In this document: one piece after another, positions 45,827-55,136 of the stretch | Layout of the letters: every line of letters starts with the position of its first letter | Position numbering within the stretch: position 1 is the stretch's first letter | DNA from: an uncultured delta proteobacterium | GTDB taxonomy: Bacteria; Myxococcota; Myxococcia; Myxococcales; Anaeromyxobacteraceae | DNA: 64,000 bases | Assembly (NCBI GenBank): GCA_963814585.1 | Contig: CAWFDF010000011.1 | Span: forward strand, 96,001-160,000 | Reading direction: 5' to 3' | The notes under the pieces: model-generated | What the model saw: only the letters and a program-made list of their open reading frames with translations | Databases searched by the model: none | Told to the model about the DNA's origin: nothing | Program-made: the position numbers and the translations under genes

Positions 45827-46969
45827 CTACCCCGCCAGCCGCCTCGGCGGCGCGCCGCAGGCCCACTCGTGGCGGTAGCCCTCGTGGAGCGCGGCGTAGA
45901 CCTCGTCGCGCAGCTGGTTGGCCTCGGCGTCGGTCAGGGTCCGGGTCAGGGCGCGGAGCGTCAGGCGCACCAGCACGTTCTTCTGGCCGGGCGAGAGGCC
46001 GAGCCGGTCGCGGGCCGCCTCGGGCAGGGCCGCGTGGGTGGTCTCGGCGCGCACCTCGATCGACTCGACGTCTTCGGCGTGCTCGCCGAGCGCCTCGCGG
46101 ACCCGGTCGCCCAGCTCCTCGGCCAGCAGCCGCTCGTGGACCGCCAGCGAGAGGTCGCGGCGGATGGGCGGCTGGTCGGAGACCGGCCTCCACGGCGAGA
46201 GGTCGAGCAGCTGGGAGGTGACGCGCGGGTCGGTGGCGCGGAGCAGGCGCAGGTCGTCGAGCCCCTTTCGCAGCATGAGGACGCGGTCCAGGCCCAGCCC
46301 CAGGGCCAGCCCCGACCACTCGTCGGGGAGCCCGGCGTCGCGCAGGATGCGCGGGTGGGCCACGCCGCACTCGCCCACCTCGATCCACTCCCCGTCCACC
46401 TCGACGTGGATCTCCAGGCCGCCGGCCGTGTACGGGTGGACGGTGGTGATGGTCTTCAGGGGACGGCCGGGAAGGAGCGCCTCGACCACGGCGCGGATCA
46501 TCTCGAGCAGCTCGGTGGTGCCGAGCTGCTCGCCGCGACGGATCCGCCAGAGGTCGAGCTGGTGAGGCTCGCCGACGTGGAGCCGGTCGATCCGGTCGCG
46601 CCGCCAGACCAGGCCGGGGCAGGAGAGCAGCGCGTCCGGGGGCGGGGCGGCGGCCAGGCGGCGCAGCAGCGGCGGGATCAGCGCCGAGGTCTGGGTGCGG
46701 AGCAGCCGGTCCCGGGAGACGTATCGGGTGTAGCGGGCGTCGCGAGAGGCGCCGCCGGGCGGGTAGAGGAGCCGGTCGTAGTTGTCGGCGACCGTGACCA
46801 CCGGGTCGGCGCGCTCCTCGATGACCGGGCAGGCCCAGGCGTCGCCCAGCGCCTTCACGGCGGCGTCGACGAGGAGCTGCATGGCGTGTGGCCCCTGGGC
46901 GGGATCGGTCAGGTCGCGCAGGGCCAGGGCTCGCTGCAGGGCATCGGGGGAGAGGATGGCGTGTGGCAT
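45827..46969 (-). CDS. Monomeric PheRS paralog (PheS catalytic domain + FDX-ACB), function uncertain
   Basis: LLRTQTS, WRRD.ID..H...HQLD, WIEVGECG, GLGLDR, C-terminal RRDLS...RTLTD.EAN anticodon-binding fold. Confidence 0.85.
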   Translation of the reverse strand: MPHAILSPDALQRALALRDLTDPAQGPHAMQLLVDAAVKALGDAWACPVIEERADPVVTVADNYDRLLYPPGGASRDARYTRYVSRDRLLRTQTSALIPPLLRRLAAAPPPDALLSCPGLVWRRDRIDRLHVGEPHQLDLWRIRRGEQLGTTELLEMIRAVVEALLPGRPLKTITTVHPYTAGGLEIHVEVDGEWIEVGECGVAHPRILRDAGLPDEWSGLALGLGLDRVLMLRKGLDDLRLLRATDPRVTSQLLDLSPWRPVSDQPPIRRDLSLAVHERLLAEELGDRVREALGEHAEDVESIEVRAETTHAALPEAARDRLGLSPGQKNVLVRLTLRALTRTLTDAEANQLRDEVYAALHEGYRHEWACGAPPRRLAG

Positions 46970-47078
46970 GTTCGACCTCGGGTGCGGCTGGCCCGCTGGT
47001 CACGGGCGTGAGTGGAAGGCGGTGGAGGGAAGAGGACCCCACGCCAGTGCCCGGACCGCTTCGGTTTGGGATGAGCGG

Positions 47079-47168
47079 CTACCGCATCACGAGAGGCGCG
47101 GCGCCACCCAGCCCGGGCAGGGGCTGGGGTCGCCAAAATCGACGGCTCTCGCGAATCGCGTTGACCAC
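47079..47168 (-). CDS. Putative leaderless leader peptide MVNAIRESRRFWRPQPLPGLGGAAPLVMR
   Basis: GTG lies 7 nt after the -10 box; 29 codons; ends 109 nt before the PheRS paralog start. Confidence 0.5.
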   Translation of the reverse strand: MVNAIRESRRFWRPQPLPGLGGAAPLVMR

Positions 47169-47175
47169 GGCGCCA

Positions 47176-47204
47176 AGAATAGCGGGCCGAGGGCTGCGGC
47201 GCAA
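47176..47204 (-). promoter_or_regulatory. Sigma70 promoter for the leader / PheRS paralog
   Basis: TTGCGC-N17-TATTCT. Confidence 0.65.
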
Positions 47205-47249
47205 GCCGGGGATGGCCGGTGCCCTGTCCGGGCGAGGGGAGGGGTGGGG

Positions 47250-47642
47250 CTACTGCTTGAGGACCGGCCCGCGGTGGCCGGCACCCTCGTCCTCGAAGCC
47301 GTGGGCGACGAGGAAGTGATACAGGGGGTACGGCTCGTCACCGCCGCCGACCGCCTCGAAGACGTGCTGGCCGTCCTCGCTGGCGTTCGGGTCGGGCATG
47401 GCCTGCACGAAGAGGATGTCGCGGGTGTCGATGGCGATCTCGCCGATCAGGGCCTTGCCTCGCAGCAGCTGAACCGTCGGCACCCGGTCCTCGTCCTCGT
47501 CGAGGTACCAGTGCAGGTCGTCCTGGTCGAAGAGGAAGGAGTCGGAGGTCCCGGCGCGCAGGATGCAGTGGGGGTGGCGCTTCAACCAGCGCCAGAAGCG
47601 GTCGAAGGTGATGGTGGCGCCGGTCTCGACGGTGAGGCTCAT
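47250..47642 (-). CDS. Acidic hypothetical protein
   Basis: Strong GC3 bias, globular-looking 130 aa, leaderless-type -10 box. Confidence 0.75.
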   Translation of the reverse strand: MSLTVETGATITFDRFWRWLKRHPHCILRAGTSDSFLFDQDDLHWYLDEDEDRVPTVQLLRGKALIGEIAIDTRDILFVQAMPDPNASEDGQHVFEAVGGGDEPYPLYHFLVAHGFEDEGAGHRGPVLKQ

Positions 47643-47671
47643 GCGCCCAATATAGTAGGTAAGCTGGCGCG

Positions 47672-48157
47672 ATGCGCGAGTCGCTCCGGACCTTCCTCTT
47701 CCGCGTCGGCTTCAATCTCTGGCCCTGCTACCGGGGCAGCGGCGGGCGCGTCACCTTCATCGCCGCCGACTGGTCGGAGGTGCGGGTCCGCCTGCCGCTC
47801 TCGTGGCGGACGCGCAACTACGTCGGGACCACCTATGGCGGCTCCATCTACTCGGCGGTCGACCCCTTCTACATGCTCATGCTCATCCACCGGCTCGGCC
47901 CCGGCTTCGAGGTCTGGGACAAGGCGGCCACGGTGCGCTTCCGCAGGCCGGGGCGGACCACGCTGACCGCCCGGATGGCGCTGGCGCCGGGGGAGGAGGA
48001 GGCGGTCCGCGAGGCGCTGCGGGGCGCCCGCTCGGTCGACCGGACCTACCGGGTGGAGCTGGTGGACGGGGGTGGCGTGGTCCACGCCGAGGTGGACAAG
48101 GTGGTCCACGTCCGGCTGCGCTACAATGGCCAGCCCACGCCGGAGTCGCGCCCATGA
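47672..48157 (+). CDS. Hotdog-fold protein (DUF4442/PaaI-like)
   Basis: NLWPCY, TRNYVGTTYGGS, DPFYM, VWDKAA. Confidence 0.82.
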   Translation: MRESLRTFLFRVGFNLWPCYRGSGGRVTFIAADWSEVRVRLPLSWRTRNYVGTTYGGSIYSAVDPFYMLMLIHRLGPGFEVWDKAATVRFRRPGRTTLTARMALAPGEEEAVREALRGARSVDRTYRVELVDGGGVVHAEVDKVVHVRLRYNGQPTPESRP

Positions 48158-49245
48158 AGATCCGCTACGACCTGAAGCCCGCCGCGCAGCGCCGCACCAC
48201 GCCCTTCAAGCCGGAGGGGCCGCTGTCGTTCGGCCAGCTGCGCACCGACCACATGTTCCTCATGGACCACGAGGGCGGCGCCTGGCGCGACCCGCGCATC
48301 GTCCCCTACGGCCCGTTCTCGCTCGACCCCGGCGCCGTGGTGCTCCACTACAGCCAGGAGATCTTCGAGGGGGCCAAGGCCTTCAAGCACGACGACGGCG
48401 AGATCTACGCCTTTCGCATCGACAAGAACGCCGAAAGGCTGAACCGCTCGGCGCCGGGCGTCTGCATGCCCACGGTGCCGGCCGGGGACCAGGTCCAGGC
48501 CATCCTGGCGCTGCTCGACGTGGAGCGGCTCTGGTTCCCCGAGCAGGAAGGCGCCTCGCTCTACATCCGGCCGTTCATGATCGGCACGCAGGACTCGCTG
48601 GGGGTGAAGCCGTCGAACCGCTACCTCTACTGCGTCTTCCTCTCGCCGAGCGGCCCGTACTACCCGAAGGGCTTCACCGAGCCCATCAAGCTGCTCATCT
48701 CCAGGCGCTTCCACCGCGCCGCGCCGGGGGGCACCGGCGCGCTCAAGACGGGCGGGAACTACGCGGCCTCGCTGCAGGCGGGCGAGGCGGCGCACGCCCT
48801 GGGCGCCTCGCAGGTGCTCTTCCTCGACACCACCGACACCTGGATCGAGGAGGCGGGCGCGATGAACCACTACCACGTGACCCGGGAGGGGAGGCTGGTC
48901 ATCCCGACCTTCACCGACACCATCCTGCGCTCCGTCACCTCCGAGTCGGTGCTGGCGCTGGGGAAGACGGCGCTCGGCGTCGAGACGGTGCAGGAGCGGA
49001 TCCCGCTGGCCGGGTTCCTCGAGGGGCTGAAGAGCGGCGCCATCACCGAGGCCGGCGGCTTCGGCACGGCGGCGGTGGTCTCGCCGGTCGGCGCCTACGT
49101 CTTCGAGGACAAGACCGAGGTGAGGGTGGGCGCCGGCGACATCGGCCCGCACACCCGGCGGGTCTACGAGGCGGTCACCGGCATCCAGCGGGGCACGCGC
49201 CCGGCGCCGGCGGGGTGGATGTTCAAGGCGCCGCGGATCGCCTGA
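48154..49245 (+). CDS. ilvE: Branched-chain amino acid aminotransferase
   Basis: LHYSQEIFEGAKAF, LYIRPF, KTGGNYAASL, EAGAMN, GTAAVVSPV. Confidence 0.93.
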   Translation: MKIRYDLKPAAQRRTTPFKPEGPLSFGQLRTDHMFLMDHEGGAWRDPRIVPYGPFSLDPGAVVLHYSQEIFEGAKAFKHDDGEIYAFRIDKNAERLNRSAPGVCMPTVPAGDQVQAILALLDVERLWFPEQEGASLYIRPFMIGTQDSLGVKPSNRYLYCVFLSPSGPYYPKGFTEPIKLLISRRFHRAAPGGTGALKTGGNYAASLQAGEAAHALGASQVLFLDTTDTWIEEAGAMNHYHVTREGRLVIPTFTDTILRSVTSESVLALGKTALGVETVQERIPLAGFLEGLKSGAITEAGGFGTAAVVSPVGAYVFEDKTEVRVGAGDIGPHTRRVYEAVTGIQRGTRPAPAGWMFKAPRIA

Positions 49246-49364
49246 ACCCGGGGAGCCGCCCGACGGCGCCGGGAGAGCGGCACCGAAGCGCCGCGACCGC
49301 GAAGGGCCGCGACCGCGAAGGACCGCGCCCAGGCGCCGTCAGGCCACCGGCCATGAGGCGCGGT

Positions 49365-50168
49365 CTACTCCGCGGCGACGCCGGCCCGGAAGATGGCCAG
49401 CCCGGCCGCTTCCTTCGACTCCAGCTCGGCGCGGCGGCGGGCGAAGTCGGGGTGGTGCCACGGGTAGAGGAAGGCGTCCGGGTGCGGCATGAGGCCGAGG
49501 ATCCGCCCGGTCGAGTCGGTGACCCCGGCCACGCCGAGCGCCGAGCCGTTGGGGTTCTCCGGCCAGGCCTCGGTCGGCTGGCCCGCAGCGTCGATCCACC
49601 GGAAGGCGAGCTGGCCGCGCTGGTCGAGGCGTGCCAGCACCTCGGACGTCTCGACGACGAACTTCCCCTCGCCGTGACGGGTCGGGACGTCGAGCGAGGT
49701 GACCCCGCGGGTCCAGAGCGATCTCGACTTCGGGTCGACGCCGATGCGGACCCAGGCGTCGCGGTAGCCGAGCCGGTCGTTGTTGGTGAGGGCGGCCCGC
49801 GGCAGGAAGTCGGGCGGGCCCGCCTCCGGGCCGGGCAGCAGGCCGAGCCGGGTCAAGGTCTGGAAGCCGTTGCAGATGCCGAGCACCCGGCCGCCGCCGG
49901 ACAGGAAGGCCGAGAGGTCGGCCTGCAGGTGGGCGCGGATGCGGGTGGCCAGGACCAGGCCGCCGGCGACGTGGTCGCCGTAGGAGAAGCCGCCCACCAT
50001 CGCCAGCACCTGGTAGTCGGCGATGCGGCGGGGGGCGCGGCGGGCGAAGAGGTCGGTGAGGTGGACCAGCTCCACCTCGGCGCCCACCATGCGGAAGGCG
50101 GCGGCGGTCTCCTCCTCGCAGTTGAGGCCGAAGCCGACGGGGATGAGGACGCGCACCGGCCGGCTCAC
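49365..50168 (-). CDS. purQ: FGAM synthase glutaminase subunit
   Basis: GLNCEEET, GGFSYGD, GICNGFQ, NPNGS, LMPHP. Confidence 0.92.
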   Translation of the reverse strand: MSRPVRVLIPVGFGLNCEEETAAAFRMVGAEVELVHLTDLFARRAPRRIADYQVLAMVGGFSYGDHVAGGLVLATRIRAHLQADLSAFLSGGGRVLGICNGFQTLTRLGLLPGPEAGPPDFLPRAALTNNDRLGYRDAWVRIGVDPKSRSLWTRGVTSLDVPTRHGEGKFVVETSEVLARLDQRGQLAFRWIDAAGQPTEAWPENPNGSALGVAGVTDSTGRILGLMPHPDAFLYPWHHPDFARRRAELESKEAAGLAIFRAGVAAE

Positions 50169-53168
50169 GAGCCCCTCCCTTCGCGCTTCCAGGCGCGCGC
50201 CAGCTCGTCCACCGGGACGTCGAGGAGCGCCGTGGCGCCGAGGCCGAGGCGCAGCCGGCCACCGGCGTCGAAGGCGCCGACCACCGCGTGGGGCACGGAG
50301 GCGAGGGCGGCGCGCAGGGCGTCGAGCCGGGCCGGCTCGACGGCCAGCAGGAAGCGGCCGGTGGTCTCGCCGAGGAGGCGCCCCTCCCAGTCGACCGTCC
50401 CGTCGGCGGGGGCCCTGGCGAGGTCGGCGGCCAGGCCGAGCCCGCTGGCGCGGGCCATGAGGAAGAGCGAGTGGAGCAGACCGCCCCGGCCGACCGCGTG
50501 GGCGGCCTGGACCAGGCCGCCGGCGATGGCGCGGGCCAGCGCCTGGTAGCCGGGCCAGAGGGCCGCCGGCGTCGTGAGCGGGACCTGGCCGCCGGCGAGC
50601 CCCCGGGCCGCGGCCCACTCGGTGCCGCCCAGCTCCTGCCGCGTCTCGCCGACCAGCACCAGCGGCTGCCCGGCCGCGGCCGCCTCCAGCGTCACGGCGC
50701 GGCGGACGTCGTCGACGACGGCGATGGTCGAGGCCAGCAGCGTCGGCGGGATGGAGATCCGCTTGCCGCCGACCACGGCGTCGTTCTTCATCGAGTCCTT
50801 GCCGCTGATGAGCGGCACGCCGTAGGCGATGCAGAATCTCGGAGAGCCCCCTGGAGGCGCGGACCAGGGCGGCCGCCTTCCGGAGGGCGTCGGGGTTCCT
50901 CTCGCCGGGGAGCGGGTCCGGCCAGCAGTAGTTGTCGAGCGCGGCGACCCGGTCGGCGCGCGCCCCGGCGGCGATGACGCGCCGGACGGCGAGGTCGACG
51001 CCGGCCTGGGCCATGGCCCGGGCGTCATGGTCGGAGTAGGCGGGGAAGACGCCCTCCGCCAGCGCGTAGCCGGTGTGGTCGCCGTCGTGCGCGATCATGA
51101 AGACCGAGGCGTCGGACGGCACGTCGCGGTGCACGCCGATCCACGGCTTCACCACGGTGAGCCCCTTCACCTCGTGGTCGTAGGTGCGGCAGCGCAGCTC
51201 GGTGGAGCACAGGTTGTCGCGGGCCAGGAACCCCGCCGCCAGGGCGTTGCCCTCCGCCACCGAGGCCGGGGCCGCCTGGGCGGGGGCGGCCACCGGCGCG
51301 GCGGGAATCCACTCCGCGTCAATGCGCATCTCGGGGTCGCCGTCGTGGAGGAAGTCGAGGGACAGGAGCCCGACCACCTGCTCGCCCCAGCGCACCTCGA
51401 GCCGGCCGCTCGCGGTGAACTCGCCGAGGTCGGTGGCCTCCACCTCGCGCAGCCGGGCCAGCTCGAGGAAGGCGGGGAGCCTGGCCGGCGGCACCGCCAG
51501 CGTCATCCGCTCCTGGGCCTCCGAGACCAGCACCTCCCACGGCGCCAGCCCCTGGTACTTGAGCGGCGCGCGGGCCAGGTCCAGCCAGGCGCCGCCCGGC
51601 TGCCGGGCCATCTCGCCCACCGAGGAGGAGAGGCCCCCGGCGCCGTTGTCGGTGATCGACGAGTAGAGCCCGGCCTCGCGGGCCTCGATCAGGAAGTCGA
51701 ACATCATCTTCTGCGTGATGGGGTCGCCGATCTGGACCGCCTGCACCGGGCTCTCCTCGGTCAGCTCGGCCGAGGAGAAGGTGGCGCCGTGGATGCCGTC
51801 CTTGCCGATGCGGCCGCCCACCATGACGATCCGGTCGCCGGCCCGGGCGGCCTTCACCTCGGTGGGGCGGCCGGCGCTCCGCACCGGCATGCGACCGACG
51901 GTGCCGCAGTAGACCAGCGGCTTGCCGAGGAAGCGATCGTCGAAGAACTCCCAGCCACGGCCGTAGGGGATGCCCGACTGGTTGCCGCCGTCGATGACGC
52001 CGTGGTGGACGCCGTCGCGGATGCGGCGCGGGTGAAGCAGGCCGGGCGGCAGCTGGCCGGACCACCCGGGCGGGGCGAAGCAGTAGCCCCAGACGTTGGA
52101 GAGGAGATCGGCGCCCAGGCCGGTGCCGAAGGGATCGCGGTTGACGCCGACGATGCCGGTGATGGCGCCGCCGTAGGGGTCGAGCGCCGACGGGCTGTTG
52201 TGGGTCTCCACCTTGTAGACCAGGTGGTAGCGGCCGGTGGCGGCGATGACGCCGGCGTTGTCGTGGAAGACCGAGACCAGCCAGCTCGCCCCCTCGCGGG
52301 CCCGGATGGCGGCGTCGACGGCGGTGGTGGTGCCGCGGATGTACTGCCTGAAGAGGGAGCGGATCTCCTCCGGCGCCTTCCCCTGCTCACGGTAGGTGAT
52401 GGTGGCGTTGAAGATCTTGTGCTTGCAGTGCTCCGACCAGGTCTGGGCGAGGCACTCCAGCTCGACGTCGGTGGGGTCGGCGCCGAGGCCGGCCCGGGCG
52501 CGGGCCGGGTCGCCGGCGGCCTGCTCGAAGTGGGCGCGCAGGGCCCGCAGCTCCTCGACGGTGAGGGCGAGCAGCCTCTGGCGCGAGAGCGTGGCCAGCG
52601 CGGCGTCGTCGAGGCCGCGGAGCACGACCACCTCGGCCGGACGGGTCGGGTGCTCGACCACGCGCGGCACGGAGAGGTCGGGCGTGGAGGCCTGCCACTC
52701 GGCGCGGGACTGGACGGTGATCCGCTCGATGACCTCGTTGGCCAGGAGCTGCGAGGCGACGCGGGTGGCGCCGGCGAGAGAAATGCCGGAGAGCAGGAAG
52801 AGGCGCGAGGCGTAGACCGCGCCACCGGGCCCGAGGCTCCGGCCGAGCAGGTCCTCGATGGCGACGCGGGCCGACTTGCCGACGGGGTCGGTGACGCCCG
52901 GCTTGAAGCCGACCGAGACCGCCACGTCGAAGGGGCCGTCCTCGACGCGCCCGACCGCGCCCTGCCGGACCACGGGGCCGGCGAACTCGGCGGCGACGCG
53001 GGCGGCCTCGGTGGCCGAGAGGCCCGGCTCGACGTGGAAGACGTCGCGGGTGCGGACGGCGTCGACGGGGACCCCGAGGTGCGCGCGGATGGCGGCGGCG
53101 ACCGAGGCGCCGCGGCTGTCGGCGAAGCCGGGACGGGTGGCGATCTCGATGCGAGTGACGTCGGCCAC
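50165..53168 (-). CDS. purL: FGAM synthase synthetase subunit with N-terminal PurS-like region; +1 frameshift near 50836
   Basis: QTWSEHCKHK, KVETHNSPS, DGIHGATFSS, DNGAGG, SEAQERM; ISGKDSMKND in the next frame. Confidence 0.92.
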
Positions 53169-53291
53169 GGGCAGGGGAACCTCCGGAAAGTGGCGACCTT
53201 ATACCCGATCCCGCGAGGGTGGGCGATCCGCGCCGGGGCGGGAGAACGACACCGGGACAGGGGCTGGTGACAGGGGCTGGAATGGTCCCCT

Positions 53292-53351
53292 GAACTACCC
53301 TGGGACGAGTGCGGGGACGCGGAACTACCCTGGGACGGAAACGGGGACGCG
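53292..53351. repeat. Tandem 30-bp direct repeat (26/30 identical) covering the alr 3' end
   Basis: GAACTACCCTGGGACGagtgCGGGGACGCG / GAACTACCCTGGGACGgaaaCGGGGACGCG. Confidence 0.85.
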
Positions 53352-54509
53352 CTCGTTGAGCGTGGTCAAGGCGGTGACCAGGCCGCCGCGCAGGTAGAGG
53401 CGCGGTACCCGGGCCGAGATGCCGGCCAGGATCTCCCAGGAGATGGTGTCGGCCAGGTCGGCCAGCTCGTCGGCGGTCACCTCGGCGTCGCCGTCGCGGC
53501 CGAGCAGCGTGACCACGTCGCCCACGGTGGCGGCCGGGATGGCGGTGACGTCGACCATGGCCATGTCCATGGCGACCCGGCCCACCACCGGAGCCAGCTG
53601 GCCTCGCACCGCCACCGGCGCCCGGTTGCCGAGCGCGCGGCGGTAGCCGTCGGCGTAGCCGCACATCACCAGCGCGATGCGGGCCTGCTTGGCGGCTGCC
53701 CAGGTCCGCCCGTAGCCGACGGTGGCGCCGCGCTCGACGTCGAGCAGGCGGGCGATGCGGGCCCGGAGCGAGAGGACCGGCCTCAGCTCGGCGTCGGATC
53801 CGACCCACGGGGCGGGGCGGTAGCCGTAGAGCGACAGGCCGGCGCGGACGGCGTCGAGTCCCATCTCGTGGTCCAGCAGGACGCTGGCGGAGGCGGCGCA
53901 GTGGCGCTCGACGACCCATGGCAGCCTGTCGGAGACCGCCTTCAGCTGGTCGAACTGGCCGCGGGTGAAGCGCTGGTCGCCTTCCTCGGCGGCGGCGAAG
54001 TGGGTGAAGAGGCCGCGGACCTCGATGCCGGGCATGCCCCGGGCGCGCTCGGCGAGCGCCACGCAGGCGTCGGGGATGAGGCCGTGGCGATTGAGGCCGG
54101 TCTCGACCTCGAGGTGGATGGGGACGGTGGTCCCGGCGCGCGTGGCCGCGGCGGCGAGGGTCTCCACCAGGTCGAGCGCGCCGACGGTGGGCATGAGGCC
54201 GAGCGACACCACCCGCGCGGCGTCGGAGGCCGGGGTGGCGCCCACCAGGAGGACGGGAGCGGTGATGCCGGCCCGGCGCAGCTCCTCGGCCTCGTCGACG
54301 CAGATCACGGCGAGGCCCCAGGCCCCGGCCGCGATGGCGGCGCGGCCGCAGGCGACGGCGCCGTGGCCGTAGGCGTTGGCCTTCACCACGGCGTAGAGCC
54401 TGGCCGGAGCGGCGCGGGCGGCCATCAGGCGGACGTTGGAGTCGAGGGCGTCGAGGTCGATCTCGGCCCAGCACGGGCGCCCACCAAAAGCCGCTGGGAG
54501 GAAGGGCAT
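53325..54509 (-). CDS. alr: Alanine racemase
   Basis: AVVKANAYGHG, THFA, GYADG, VGRVAMD, RVPR. Confidence 0.95.
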   Translation of the reverse strand: MPFLPAAFGGRPCWAEIDLDALDSNVRLMAARAAPARLYAVVKANAYGHGAVACGRAAIAAGAWGLAVICVDEAEELRRAGITAPVLLVGATPASDAARVVSLGLMPTVGALDLVETLAAAATRAGTTVPIHLEVETGLNRHGLIPDACVALAERARGMPGIEVRGLFTHFAAAEEGDQRFTRGQFDQLKAVSDRLPWVVERHCAASASVLLDHEMGLDAVRAGLSLYGYRPAPWVGSDAELRPVLSLRARIARLLDVERGATVGYGRTWAAAKQARIALVMCGYADGYRRALGNRAPVAVRGQLAPVVGRVAMDMAMVDVTAIPAATVGDVVTLLGRDGDAEVTADELADLADTISWEILAGISARVPRLYLRGGLVTALTTLNERVPVSVPG

Positions 54510-54570
54510 GACGTATGATACGGCCTCCCGGCGCCGATGGGCAGCCACGGCGACCCCCTGGAGGACGAAC

Positions 54571-55101
54571 GTGAGCCCCAACACCACCCCGTACCAGAAC
54601 ATCACCAAGGCCTACGCGATCGCGCGCGAGAACTACGCGGCCTACCGCTCCGAGTGCGCGCTCTTCGCGGGCACCTTCTCCCGCGGGTTCGCCGACTACC
54701 TCGGGGGCGTTCGCGACGCGATCTCGTACGAGTCGCTGCGCGGTGTTCGCGAGGGCGACGGGCCGGTCGACGTCCAGGAGGCCATGCACCTGGACGAGGA
54801 CACCTACTGGCACTTCGGCATGATGATCCGCGTGGCCGGGGAGAAGACCAGCGACGTGGTTCGCATGCAGGTCCGGTTCAAGAAGATCGAGCGGCGCTTC
54901 GTCATCAACCTGTTCGGGCACGAGGACTTCGAGATCACCGAGCCGAACGCGCTGACGCTGGAGCCGGTGTACGAGCTGCTGGTCGACTCGATCCGGCGGC
55001 ACTACGAGGATGGGCTGCGGCTGTTCCTCGACAAGCGCGGGCAGAACCTGCACCTGCCGTTCTCGGCGGCGAGGCAGGCCGAGATCGCCGGCGGCGCCTA
55101 G
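54571..55101 (+). CDS. Hypothetical protein
   Basis: GTG after GGAGG, strong GC3 bias, 176 aa. Confidence 0.75.
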   Translation: MSPNTTPYQNITKAYAIARENYAAYRSECALFAGTFSRGFADYLGGVRDAISYESLRGVREGDGPVDVQEAMHLDEDTYWHFGMMIRVAGEKTSDVVRMQVRFKKIERRFVINLFGHEDFEITEPNALTLEPVYELLVDSIRRHYEDGLRLFLDKRGQNLHLPFSAARQAEIAGGA

Positions 55102-55136
55102 CGGAACGCCCCCCGCCGCGGCTATGAAGGGACGGC

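Noticed and set aside
46970..47170. T-box riboswitch upstream of the PheRS paralog
   Set aside because: No GGTGGNACC T-box motif and no U-tailed terminator visible
49365..53168. Apparent 1267-aa PurL-PurQ fusion
   Set aside because: Artefact of the +1 frameshift: the true PurL C-terminus is in another frame and ends in a GTGA overlap with a separate purQ
53292..53351. 30-bp repeats as a CRISPR array
   Set aside because: Only two adjacent copies, no spacers, no cas genes
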